Positions 18,114 to 26,508 of a stretch of 28,179 nt of DNA are shown piece after piece. The stretch covers positions 1-28,179 of the IMG/VR virus record IMGVR_UViG_3300032116_001049. One strand, 5' to 3'. Made by a program: the position numbers and the translations under genes. Numbering within the stretch: the first letter of the stretch is position 1; every line of letters starts with the position of its first letter. The notes under the pieces were generated by a model. The model saw only the letters and a program-made list of their open reading frames with translations. It was not told the DNA's origin and did no database searches. The stretch is from a virus (lineage: Duplodnaviria; Caudoviricetes).

Positions 18114-20359
18114 CGCGGTCCCATCGGCTCATTCGGGATGTTGGGGACCGACAAGGGTTGGGGTTGCATTTGTTGGGCTTGAAGCGCCGCAAGCATCTGG
18201 TCATCCATCATGGGCATTTGATTGGACTGAACCGGCGCATTGGCCATGCCCATTTCCTCTCGCAGGAAGGGGGTGGATGTTTGATGAATTTCGCCCTCTG
18301 CAAATGCCGCCACTTGATCCTGCTCCGCGTCCCTACGGGCAATTTCTGCTTGGAGAGCCCTGGCATCCATTCCTTTGAGCAACAGTTTTGTGATCGCATC
18401 GAGTTCCGTCCGATTCTGGTCAGTAACTGACCGCAGGATGTCTTGGTTGACCTTCGCCTCGTTAATCGTCTCGGTATTGAACGCCCGCGAGGTGACATCC
18501 ATGAGTTTGCGGCGAGTCTGGCCTTCTTCCTTCATTTTCTGGACATCGGTCTGGTGCTGGAGGTTCAGCGTCAGGGCCGCAATCTGTTGCTGGAGGTCGG
18601 CAATCATCTTCTGGCTGGCCATGAGTTGCATCTGAGCCTGCGGGGGAATGTCTGATTTCTCGTCAATCTGAGCCATCGGGTTCATGGCCGCAAGCCGGTC
18701 GGCAATCACATCCGCGCCAGGGAAGTCCATGTTGCGGAAGACCAAGTCACCGGCGGCGTTAAACAGTTCGGGGTTTGCCTGTAGGAGCGGGACCATCGCC
18801 TCGACCGCCTCTTGGCGCTTCGATTGGTAGCCTGGGCCCGTGTCCATAAAGACATCGTATTCGCCCACGGTTACATCGTTGAGGATTTTCTCCGCGCCCA
18901 TCTCATCGAAAACCCGCTGGTTGATGGTCACCATCTCCGGCTGGTTGTCATATCCGATGATCCGCATGACCCGTTCTTTGTCGTAAATCTTCGGGATCAG
19001 GTCAAGGATGATCCGCCCCGTCTGTTTCAAGGAGCGGGTGAGGTTGTCGTAATAGTGGAAGTTCGAAAGGTCAATCTGCATCTGCTGGCCGCGAATAGCC
19101 TTGCCAGACTGGTTGCCCTGCATGAACTGGTTGGGGTCGAATATCCCGACCACGGTCTGAAGGTCATTGTTGATCGCACTCGTTGCCTCAACGATTCCCG
19201 CGGGCGGGGGTTCAGGCTGGAGCCTTTGCGGTGCGGGAGCGGGTTGCCCCTCGATGTCCTTCTGTTTGTATCTCAGGACCGGCGTGGCTTTCACATTGGC
19301 CTGCGCCCACTCGTTCTCATGCCCCTCGTCTTGGCCTTCAGCAAGTAACCACTTCGCTTTAGGGGCAAGCGCAACCGACTCGGTCAGAGCGGTTCGCCAG
19401 TAGTTATACATCCGCTGCGGGTCTTTAGCCTGCCGCACCAATCCATACTTCTTGCGCTTGTCATCGACCACCAGTTGCTGGCCGTAGACCGGAACGATGG
19501 GGATATATTTGCCCACCCAGTCGCGTTCTTCGAGAACTTCCATGCCGGTCAGTTTTGCCCACTTGATGGTCTTGCGCATGGTGTCGCGCTCGGCAACCAC
19601 CATAATTCCTGCGGCTTCCATGATCTCGGGAGCGGGAGCGTCCTCTTTGTAAACCTGAGTCCCATCCGATAGCAGGAGCAGTTTGGTCTTCTTGCGCTCG
19701 GTATACCACCACTCCGCAATCCGAATATCGTCCTTCATTATCCAATCGGCATCCGCATCGCCCGTCCCGCGCATGGTGAAGTTGCCGCCATCGTCAGCGC
19801 CAGGGTATTGGGCCTTGAAGTCCTTTTTGCTCATCACCTCGGTGATCAGGCAAGACTCGGCATCCGAGCCGTCCGGCATCTGGGAGTTGGGGTCGAAATA
19901 GACCGTGAACGGGTTGGCAATGGGTTTGATGAATATCTCTTGGTCGAATGAGTCTTCCCGAACATAGTCGGTGACCACTCTCCAATAACCCCAACCCATG
20001 CGCACCGCAAACTCGAAGGCGGTGTCGTAGGCGGAGTCAGCGTCCGAGTTGACCTCGATATGCTTGAAGATGCCCGTCAGGATGTCCGCAACCTTGGCAT
20101 TCGCCTGGGAGTTCATCGAATGCGCCTTCATGCGGGGGCGCGCCTGTCTCTGCTGGTTGCAGACTTGGCGGATAAATCCATCGAGTTTGTTGATGGTCAG
20201 GCAGGGTCGTGCCTCTAAGTTTCGGGAGTTTTGCACCTCGACCGGCCATTGGTCGCCCGAGGAAAATTTGAGGTCATCCAGAGCATCCTGCCGGTTGTAG
20301 GAGTCAGCGTCATTGCTGAACCGGAGAAACTTCTGCGCGTCTTGTATCCGCTTGTCCAT
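18110..20359 (-). CDS. Portal protein, P22 gp1-like
   Basis: DDLKFSSGDQWP..RPCLTINKL, GLVRQAKDPQRMYNYW, NDVTVGEYDV..GPGYQSKRQE; long Gln-rich C-terminus. Start reassigned to ATG 20359. Confidence 0.93.
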   Translation of the reverse strand: MDKRIQDAQKFLRFSNDADSYNRQDALDDLKFSSGDQWPVEVQNSRNLEARPCLTINKLDGFIRQVCNQQRQARPRMKAHSMNSQANAKVADILTGIFKHIEVNSDADSAYDTAFEFAVRMGWGYWRVVTDYVREDSFDQEIFIKPIANPFTVYFDPNSQMPDGSDAESCLITEVMSKKDFKAQYPGADDGGNFTMRGTGDADADWIMKDDIRIAEWWYTERKKTKLLLLSDGTQVYKEDAPAPEIMEAAGIMVVAERDTMRKTIKWAKLTGMEVLEERDWVGKYIPIVPVYGQQLVVDDKRKKYGLVRQAKDPQRMYNYWRTALTESVALAPKAKWLLAEGQDEGHENEWAQANVKATPVLRYKQKDIEGQPAPAPQRLQPEPPPAGIVEATSAINNDLQTVVGIFDPNQFMQGNQSGKAIRGQQMQIDLSNFHYYDNLTRSLKQTGRIILDLIPKIYDKERVMRIIGYDNQPEMVTINQRVFDEMGAEKILNDVTVGEYDVFMDTGPGYQSKRQEAVEAMVPLLQANPELFNAAGDLVFRNMDFPGADVIADRLAAMNPMAQIDEKSDIPPQAQMQLMASQKMIADLQQQIAALTLNLQHQTDVQKMKEEGQTRRKLMDVTSRAFNTETINEAKVNQDILRSVTDQNRTELDAITKLLLKGMDARALQAEIARRDAEQDQVAAFAEGEIHQTSTPFLREEMGMANAPVQSNQMPMMDDQMLAALQAQQMQPQPLSVPNIPNEPMGPR

Positions 20360-20361
20360 GA

Positions 20362-21663
20362 TTAGCCCATCCATGAGCCCGCTGGTTGATAAGTTGCCTT
20401 CTTCGCGGTCTTGCGGGGCTCATTTACCACCAGACCGATATATCTAAACGCATCCGCCCCGTGGGAATAAATATCGTGCAAGGGCGTTTTGCTGAATTGC
20501 TTGGTGTCTGGATCAACATCATACCGATAGTGACGCAGACATTGAAGACCCTGATGGCAGTTCTCGCGGTCGAAATAGCACTTATTGAACATGGTCCGGC
20601 TGGCGTTAATCGAGTCCGCAATCGGGGTTCGAGGGACGATTTGCACCTTATATCCCGCAGCCCGAACAATGTCGGCAATAGACCGACCGGCCGCGGCTAG
20701 GGTCGAGTTCTCCGCGTCATGCGGTAGCCAGACCGTGTCGTAGTGATAGCCAAACTTCTGCATCTCGGCCATGTAGTAGGACATGGTCTTCTGATTGTCC
20801 TCAATGTATCGGATGAGCCTGATCTCGAACCCGATGAATTGGACGAACCAGATGGCCGTGTTGTCCGCCCAACCGAGGTCAAAGACCGCGTGGACTGGTT
20901 TGATCGGGTCATAAGGAACGCGGGTCAGCCTGCCTTCGAGGTCCGCAACGGTAATCTCATTGGCAAAGACCGCTCCGTCAACAGTCTTGCGGCAGATTCC
21001 CTCCCAGACCGTGTTGTAAGCCTCTTGGTCCCTGACTTGGAGGTTGTCTTTCTCGTCCCGCAGGGTTTGAGGAAACCAAGGGTTGTCCCGCCAAGTAATC
21101 TTCTGCACCACCGCGTTGGGCGGCGGAGAGACCACAAACCGCTGGTAGGTGTCATCGGTCTCTAGTTCAGGGTTGAAGGTGATCCATATCTCCGAGCCGT
21201 CCTTTCGGATGGTCGGGATCAGCACATTCCATGAGGTTTTGGAAACAGTCTGCGCCTCCTCGACCCAGCAGATGTCCACGCCCTCAAATGACTTCACATT
21301 GGTGATGTTGTTCTTCAGCCCAATGAAGAAGAACTCCGAGCCATTCTTGCCTCGTATGGTCGTTTGGGTGACCTCATAGAACGATTCCAGCCCGAGGGCG
21401 GCGATTTGGTCGGTCAGGAGTTTATGGACCGAGTCCTTAATTGAGACCTGAAACTCACGGGCGCATAGGATTCGGGTGGGTTTCTTGGCCGCGAGGATCA
21501 GGAGGGCTCTAGCGACTCCCCAAGACTTTGCTCCACCTCGACCCCCGTAGAGAACCTTGTAACGCTGCGGCTCAAACAGGCACTTGAGTTTGATGGGGAA
21601 TTCAGCCTTGGCGACCGCCTGCTGGAGTTGCTCTTGGTCTATCTGCTCCGGCGCATCAATCAT
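20362..21663 (-). CDS. terL: Terminase large subunit (PBSX/Terminase_3-like)
   Basis: Walker A YGGRGGAKS; Walker B CWVEEA; TFNP coupling motif; nuclease DLG and HGADAFRY. Confidence 0.95.
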   Translation of the reverse strand: MIDAPEQIDQEQLQQAVAKAEFPIKLKCLFEPQRYKVLYGGRGGAKSWGVARALLILAAKKPTRILCAREFQVSIKDSVHKLLTDQIAALGLESFYEVTQTTIRGKNGSEFFFIGLKNNITNVKSFEGVDICWVEEAQTVSKTSWNVLIPTIRKDGSEIWITFNPELETDDTYQRFVVSPPPNAVVQKITWRDNPWFPQTLRDEKDNLQVRDQEAYNTVWEGICRKTVDGAVFANEITVADLEGRLTRVPYDPIKPVHAVFDLGWADNTAIWFVQFIGFEIRLIRYIEDNQKTMSYYMAEMQKFGYHYDTVWLPHDAENSTLAAAGRSIADIVRAAGYKVQIVPRTPIADSINASRTMFNKCYFDRENCHQGLQCLRHYRYDVDPDTKQFSKTPLHDIYSHGADAFRYIGLVVNEPRKTAKKATYQPAGSWMG

Positions 21664-21925
21664 CTTGCGGCTTCACAAACATGACCTGAATGCCAGACAG
21701 GATTGGTGTCCCATCGGAGTTCTGCATCTCGGTAGTTTGGACTGCCTTGCCATCGAGTCGGTCGATGACCTCTTTGACCGCCCAAGCCTCTCCCTGCTCT
21801 GCCTGCGTGATCAGTTCGTTGACGATGCGCTCCAGCCTGTGAGGCTCTTGCGTGAGCCGTTTGCGCAGTTTGTCGTAGAACATCTTGCCTTTGACGGCAT
21901 TGGTATTTCCTATCGGTGCGGCCAT
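21656..21925 (-). CDS. Terminase small subunit (putative)
   Basis: MAAPIGNTNA..AVKEVIDRLDGKAVQ; overlaps the TerL start. Confidence 0.7.
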   Translation of the reverse strand: MAAPIGNTNAVKGKMFYDKLRKRLTQEPHRLERIVNELITQAEQGEAWAVKEVIDRLDGKAVQTTEMQNSDGTPILSGIQVMFVKPQDD

Positions 21926-21939
21926 GTAGATTGTCTCAA

Positions 21940-21968
21940 TCTATAAGTTCCAGTCCCGCAAGTGTAAA
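21940..21968 (-). promoter_or_regulatory. Possible sigma70-type promoter for the packaging genes
   Basis: TTTACA (21968-21963) - 17 nt - TATAGA (21945-21940), with an A tract upstream, in an AT-rich intergenic gap. Confidence 0.4.
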
Positions 21969-22009
21969 TTGTTTTTTAACCCTTGTGAATAGTTTGAGTT
22001 AGTAAACAG

Positions 22010-23755
22010 TCAGTTTCGATAGACGAACAATTCCATTGGATCGACATCAAGCCCATAAGGGTTGAATGTCTCTCTATTAAATCCGGCGTTCTCTATTCGT
22101 TGCGCAAAGGGAAAGTTTGCGGCTCTTTCGGCTGGGGTAAGGTTCATCCGCGTCTGAGCCAATCTCGCAATCGCTTCACCTTCTAGCCTTCTATAAAGTT
22201 CGTAATTTTCTAGGTTCTTTTGGAGTTCATTCAGTTTGTTGTATTTGGTTGCCGTGGCGCGATACTCGTTGGCTCTATCTGCGAGTCTCGATACTTTCCG
22301 GTTCGCGGACGCGCCCATCTTTTTGGCTTCTTCGGGTGAATAGTCCTGTTGCGCAACACGATAGGATGGGTCTTTTTCCTGCACTTTGTTCTTGATAAAC
22401 GCTGCCGCACCCCTGAACCACTCATCGCGCTCTGGGCCAGCCCGTTTTGGTTGAGGGCCAGCAATCCCTCGGTATTCGTGACCGTAGGCATACCAGTCTT
22501 GCATATTGTAAATAGAACGAGGCCGGATGCCCTCGCCTCGCGCAATCGCGTCCAATTTGTGCATATATTGGGCTTTTGAGGCAAGACCAAGGTCTCCAAG
22601 GCTTCGTTTGAAGTCTTCGTAAGCGCCTTTATTGGCTTTGAGGATCGGATCGTTTCTTTCCGCAAAATACAGTTGTTTTGCTGCGTCTTCAGGGTTTCCA
22701 CCCCGACCATGTCCTTCAAGACTTTGAACTGCGTGTTGAAGTTCATGGATCATGGTTGATTTGGCGGCTTCGTTTACATCATCGCCCCCAATCATATTTC
22801 CACCGCCAGTCGTGACCAATTGACGGTTTTGACTATATGTCCCCCGATGGCGAGCGCCGGTCGGTTCCCTGGCAATGTCCAAACTTCCCATCAATCCAGG
22901 CGACCCCGTAACACCAGGGTAGGCTTCCCGCAATGCCTGATGCTGAAAATACCGCTCAAGAGGTCTTGGCTCTAGATGCCCACCGCTTGCAATGATGTCA
23001 TCCGCAAATGCGAGGGCTTTGTCTTGCGCTTCTTGAGGAACCAAGTCGCTACTTGATCCAACCCCCCAAACGCCCTTTTTTTCGTCTGGAATGTAGTTGT
23101 TGCGTTGCAACCACGCATTCGCAATGTCGAACCTTTCCCGAGCAGGCGGTAGACCTTCAAAATCCAGTCTAGCCATGTCATCTGGTATTTCAGTAACCCA
23201 TTCCCGACCGGCTGGCAACCGAGCCAATTGCGTTTCCCGCCAAATTCTCTCTGGGCCAGCGCCCCTTTTTTCTAATTCCTCGGCAGCCGCCACTTGTTCG
23301 GGTTTAATTTTGGTCGATTTCTGACCGACAAAAATGCGGCTCAACGGAACCATTGACCCCGCTTCGTCCAAAACCCCCATAGAGGTTGCCTTGGGGTTGC
23401 CGGTAATAAATTGCACCATCGCATCGCCAGCCTCGTCCGCAACCACTTTTGCGCCTCGTAAGGCTGGCCGCACACCCGTTGCCATCAACGCCACATCCGC
23501 AATGTCGGTCAGTTCACCTTCCCTGCCGGTTTTAACGATAGGCAGGCGGCGGTTCGTCACCCCTGTTGGCATTGCCAAAGGCGAGTTGCCATAAGCGAGG
23601 TTTTCAAAGGTTGATGCTTTGGGCATCAGAACTTTGAATGGGTTTACATCGGTAAAAGGGATGATTTGGCCCATCGGGCCTTGGAGGTCAGCAAGAACCT
23701 CCGCAATTCGCTTGAGTCGCGGGTTAACAACCGGACTGGCCCGCATCTCGGCCAT
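22010..23755 (-). CDS. LPD23-like domain/HExxH metallopeptidase-like protein (polyvalent-protein type)
   Basis: IWRETQLARLPAGREWVTEIPDD; STMIHELQHAVQSLEGHGRGG; YRRLEGEAIARLAQTRMNLTPAER. Confidence 0.7.
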   Translation of the reverse strand: MAEMRASPVVNPRLKRIAEVLADLQGPMGQIIPFTDVNPFKVLMPKASTFENLAYGNSPLAMPTGVTNRRLPIVKTGREGELTDIADVALMATGVRPALRGAKVVADEAGDAMVQFITGNPKATSMGVLDEAGSMVPLSRIFVGQKSTKIKPEQVAAAEELEKRGAGPERIWRETQLARLPAGREWVTEIPDDMARLDFEGLPPARERFDIANAWLQRNNYIPDEKKGVWGVGSSSDLVPQEAQDKALAFADDIIASGGHLEPRPLERYFQHQALREAYPGVTGSPGLMGSLDIAREPTGARHRGTYSQNRQLVTTGGGNMIGGDDVNEAAKSTMIHELQHAVQSLEGHGRGGNPEDAAKQLYFAERNDPILKANKGAYEDFKRSLGDLGLASKAQYMHKLDAIARGEGIRPRSIYNMQDWYAYGHEYRGIAGPQPKRAGPERDEWFRGAAAFIKNKVQEKDPSYRVAQQDYSPEEAKKMGASANRKVSRLADRANEYRATATKYNKLNELQKNLENYELYRRLEGEAIARLAQTRMNLTPAERAANFPFAQRIENAGFNRETFNPYGLDVDPMELFVYRN

Positions 23756-23899
23756 TTACTTGCCCTTTTTCTTCTTCGCGGCTTCCCGCTTGACCGAATA
23801 GGCAATAGCCACGGCCTGCTTGGGTGGCTTGCCAGCCGCAATCTCAGCCTTCACATTCTTCGCAAAGGCTTTCTTGCCGATGTCTTTGATCAGAGGCAT
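23756..23899 (-). CDS. Small Lys-rich protein (47 aa)
   Basis: Not in the ORF track. MPLIKDIGKKAFAKNVKAEIAAGKPPKQAVAIAYSVKREAAKKKKGK; abuts both neighbours exactly. Confidence 0.8.
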   Translation of the reverse strand: MPLIKDIGKKAFAKNVKAEIAAGKPPKQAVAIAYSVKREAAKKKKGK

Positions 23900-24067
23900 T
23901 TACTTCTTCTTGGCGGTCTTCGCTGATTCCGCAAAGGCTTTGGCGGTGGGAGCGCCCTTGCTTCCAGGCGTTCTCATCCGCTCGACCTTCTTCGCACCAG
24001 AGGCTTTCTGGGCCTCGATCCGCTCACGCTTTGCGTGAATGTTTGCGTAAAGCCCAGCCTTTGCCAT
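23900..24067 (-). CDS. Small Lys-rich protein (55 aa)
   Basis: Not in the ORF track. MAKAGLYANIHAKRERIEAQKASGAKKVERMRTPGSKGAPTAKAFAESAKTAKKK; TAATG coupling to the upstream gene. Confidence 0.8.
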   Translation of the reverse strand: MAKAGLYANIHAKRERIEAQKASGAKKVERMRTPGSKGAPTAKAFAESAKTAKKK

Positions 24068-24276
24068 TACGAAATCGCCGCAAGGGTGTCCACGCGGAGC
24101 CAGTTGGTCCCGTTGGAGAACGCCATCACAGGGTTTCCAGCCGCACCGTTGGAAACATAGATCATTTGACCAGCATTCGCCGCCGAGGGGACGGTGGCCA
24201 CGGTGTAAGCCTGAAATTGAACCAGGGTGACGGCGGGATCAGCGTAAGCAACGCCGGTGGAGATTGAGTTAGCCAT
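24067..24276 (-). CDS. Small beta-rich protein resembling a fibre/decoration motif
   Basis: YTVATVPSAANAGQMIYVSNG..PVMAFSNGTNW; AAGGA Shine-Dalgarno. Confidence 0.7.
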   Translation of the reverse strand: MANSISTGVAYADPAVTLVQFQAYTVATVPSAANAGQMIYVSNGAAGNPVMAFSNGTNWLRVDTLAAIS

Positions 24277-24293
24277 GATGTTTCCTTTCGTTG

Positions 24294-24578
24294 TTAACAG
24301 TTCCAGTTTTTAAGAGATGCTGCCTTCCGAGTCGGTCTTCCCTTCTCGTCCTTCATCGGCCCTGGCATCCCGCTCATCCGCGCACAGAATGAGGCTTTGC
24401 GGCCCGCATCTGCCTTGGTCTTGGGGTTTGGTGCAGGGGGTTTGAGGTTTGCATTGTTCTTTGCGTTGTATTCCGCCCGCCCCTTGGCGGTCATTCCCGC
24501 ACCCTTTTCGGTGGGGTTGTAGTTCTTGCCCTTGCCGGTCGTGGTCTTCGCAATGGGCTTGTTAGTGGTTTTTGCCAT
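24294..24578 (-). CDS. Basic hypothetical phage protein
   Basis: Start reassigned to ATG 24578 (GAGG upstream). GMTAKGR..NLKPP..RKASFCARM..SLKNWNC. Confidence 0.75.
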   Translation of the reverse strand: MAKTTNKPIAKTTTGKGKNYNPTEKGAGMTAKGRAEYNAKNNANLKPPAPNPKTKADAGRKASFCARMSGMPGPMKDEKGRPTRKAASLKNWNC

Positions 24579-24867
24579 TTGAATCCTCGATGAAGCAGAC
24601 ATCCTTCCACGACATCACGATGAGTTCTTCGCCGTCCACTTCCATTCTTGGATAGGAGAGATATTCCTCCGCAGTCCCAAATCTGATCCGTTGACCAATT
24701 TCCATCGGATTTGGAATCAGGCGACCTTTCTTGTCAATCTCGCCTGGGCCGACCGCCAGCACCTCGCCGGTGTTGGGCAGTTCATCCATCACTACATGGA
24801 GAACATTGCTCTTGACCCGCTCAATGGGTCTGACAACGATTCGGTCACGCAGAGGTCGCAGAGTCAT
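24562..24867 (-). CDS. groES: Co-chaperonin GroES/Cpn10-like
   Basis: LRPLRDRIVVRP..GEVLAVGPG..GQRIRFG..EVDGEELIVM. Confidence 0.88.
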   Translation of the reverse strand: MTLRPLRDRIVVRPIERVKSNVLHVVMDELPNTGEVLAVGPGEIDKKGRLIPNPMEIGQRIRFGTAEEYLSYPRMEVDGEELIVMSWKDVCFIEDSNGKNH

Positions 24868-25063
24868 CTTTTGGCCTTCTCCCGCGCTTTTTAGGCGCTT
24901 CTGGTGCTGGTTGCGGTATGGTTTCCAGTAGGGGCTCTGGAAGCGGCTCGACCAATTGGTGTTCGCCGCACCACATTCCAGCCTGTTTCGTTACTGTCTC
25001 AGGAAACCGCCTGCAATGCCCGAATTGGGTTCCCTGATAAAACCGGCAATTGCCGCAATTCAC
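24845..25063 (-). CDS. Four-Cys metal-binding protein (HiPIP-like spacing)
   Basis: CGNCRFYQG..GHCRRFP..GMWCGEH; GTG start overlapping the upstream TGA. Confidence 0.65.
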   Translation of the reverse strand: MNCGNCRFYQGTQFGHCRRFPETVTKQAGMWCGEHQLVEPLPEPLLETIPQPAPEAPKKRGRRPKDDSATSA

Positions 25064-25236
25064 TTTTGGTAAATCTCGCCAGAATTGTTGGTTCCCATGT
25101 TGGTGTCGCGACCCTTCATGGTCATCTTTTCGCCCATGGGCTTGTTCTTGCCAGCCTGCTCAACGGCGTTCTTGACCGGCTCTTTGCGGCCAGACTTGTC
25201 GTTGCAATGGGAAGGCACTTTGAAGGAGTTAGCCAT
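25060..25236 (-). CDS. Small basic protein (58 aa)
   Basis: Not in the ORF track. MANSFKVPSHCNDKSGRKEPVKNAVEQAGKNKPMGEKMTMKGRDTNMGTNNSGEIYQK; AAGGA Shine-Dalgarno; GTGA overlap with the next gene. Confidence 0.75.
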   Translation of the reverse strand: MANSFKVPSHCNDKSGRKEPVKNAVEQAGKNKPMGEKMTMKGRDTNMGTNNSGEIYQK

Positions 25237-25247
25237 TTTGATTCCTT

Positions 25248-25604
25248 TCAGGAGAGGTTTTGCAGTTTGTAGAGCGTGGAGTTAATCAGGTCGAGGATTT
25301 CGTCAACAGTATTTTGGAGTTCCGAGTCATCTGGAAGGTGCTTGCGGTTCGCATCCACATACTTCTGGAGCGCCTTGAAATACTTGGTCGGCTCTTTCTC
25401 AATCTCAAATTCTTCATCGAATTCATTGAGCGGGCCGTAGCGCCCCATGTACGACTCAACCAGGCGGTCCACCAAGTCGGGGATGGCCTCATAGTATTTC
25501 GCAAGCGCCTTATGGGTTGCATAGTTCTTCGTCTGCCAATGCTGAAGGTGCGCACAGGTCGCAGAGTTCAGCAGCGCAAGCGAAAAAGCCTCAATGTCTC
25601 TCAT
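25248..25604 (-). CDS. Ferritin/Dps-like protein
   Basis: Start reassigned to ATG 25604. HLQHWQT..ATHKALAKYY..VDRLVESYMG resembles the Dps HW..H..Y..D..E ferroxidase pattern. Confidence 0.7.
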   Translation of the reverse strand: MRDIEAFSLALLNSATCAHLQHWQTKNYATHKALAKYYEAIPDLVDRLVESYMGRYGPLNEFDEEFEIEKEPTKYFKALQKYVDANRKHLPDDSELQNTVDEILDLINSTLYKLQNLS

Positions 25605-25608
25605 ACCA

Positions 25609-25848
25609 TTATTGTGACGCATCGGAGGGGGCGAGGCAATAGACATTGATGATTTTTGGCCCCTTCCTGAGATTGTTTGCAGACTTGTCCGCAACCACCT
25701 TGCAATCTCTGTTTACTAATTTCCACAGGACCGCTTTGAGCGAGTGCGGCTTCGCTTTTAGGTGCGCCGCAATCTGCGCCGAGGTGATGTTGGGCTCCCT
25801 CGCCAGAAGGTCGAGGATGTCTTGGGATAGTTTTGATCTGCGCTTCAT
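25609..25848 (-). CDS. Winged-HTH DNA-binding protein
   Basis: ILDLLAREPNITSAQIAAHL..SLKAVLWKL; start uncertain (25848 or up to 25914). Confidence 0.6.
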   Translation of the reverse strand: MKRRSKLSQDILDLLAREPNITSAQIAAHLKAKPHSLKAVLWKLVNRDCKVVADKSANNLRKGPKIINVYCLAPSDASQ

Positions 25849-25910
25849 GCGCCGATTGTAAACTGTTGATCGGGAGGCGGGTGTGTTCATCGACCGAATC
25901 TTCTTTGTAT

Positions 25911-26279
25911 TCAAGTCACCGCCCCCCTGCTGATTTTTACCATGCCGCCAACCCGATCAGCCTTCCGAATGGTAAGGGTGAACCGCTTGTCGTTGACCCC
26001 CCAGCCGTCCGCAAGACCATCCAGCCCCGCCTTTATCGCCGCGAGGCAGTTATCGAGGTCGTGCGCCCTCCGGTTGGGTGGGATGAACTCAATGTCCAAG
26101 TGGATCGCGCCATCGGCAGGAAACTCCCATTTGGATTGTTTGGCAAGCATATAAGCCGCAAGCCGGTATTTCTTCTTAGCGTTGGCCACCGCCCCCCAAT
26201 GCTCCCTTGCGTTTGGGGAGAGGGTTCGAGGGGGCCACGGGAGAATCACCTTATCGGGTGAGTTTTTCGATTGTGTCAT
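25911..26279 (-). CDS. rusA: RusA-like Holliday junction resolvase
   Basis: LPWPP..SPN; PPNRRAHDLDNCLAAIKAGLDGLAD..VNDKRF. Start may be GTG 26249. Confidence 0.85.
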   Translation of the reverse strand: MTQSKNSPDKVILPWPPRTLSPNAREHWGAVANAKKKYRLAAYMLAKQSKWEFPADGAIHLDIEFIPPNRRAHDLDNCLAAIKAGLDGLADGWGVNDKRFTLTIRKADRVGGMVKISRGAVT

Positions 26280-26508
26280 TCAAGACGCTCAGTTCTGTTT
26301 TTTTGGTGACATTCCAAATAGCCCTGCGGCCATGGATTCCGTTGTGACTGCCTTGGTGACAATCCTTGCAGAGGGGGATGCAAGTGAACTGGAGCCCCTG
26401 CTCGATATGGTGGGCATCCGAGGGTCCAGCCGCGCCGCAGACCCCGCAGGGCATCTCTTTGACCGCCAGCAGATGCCGCCGCTCTCTTGCGTTGAGCCGG
26501 TTATTCAT
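26251..26508 (-). CDS. Ref-like HNH/zinc-finger nuclease
   Basis: Start reassigned to ATG 26508. PCGVCG..DAHHI..CIPLCKDCHQG..GIHG. Confidence 0.7.
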   Translation of the reverse strand: MNNRLNARERRHLLAVKEMPCGVCGAAGPSDAHHIEQGLQFTCIPLCKDCHQGSHNGIHGRRAIWNVTKKTELSVLNDTIEKLTR

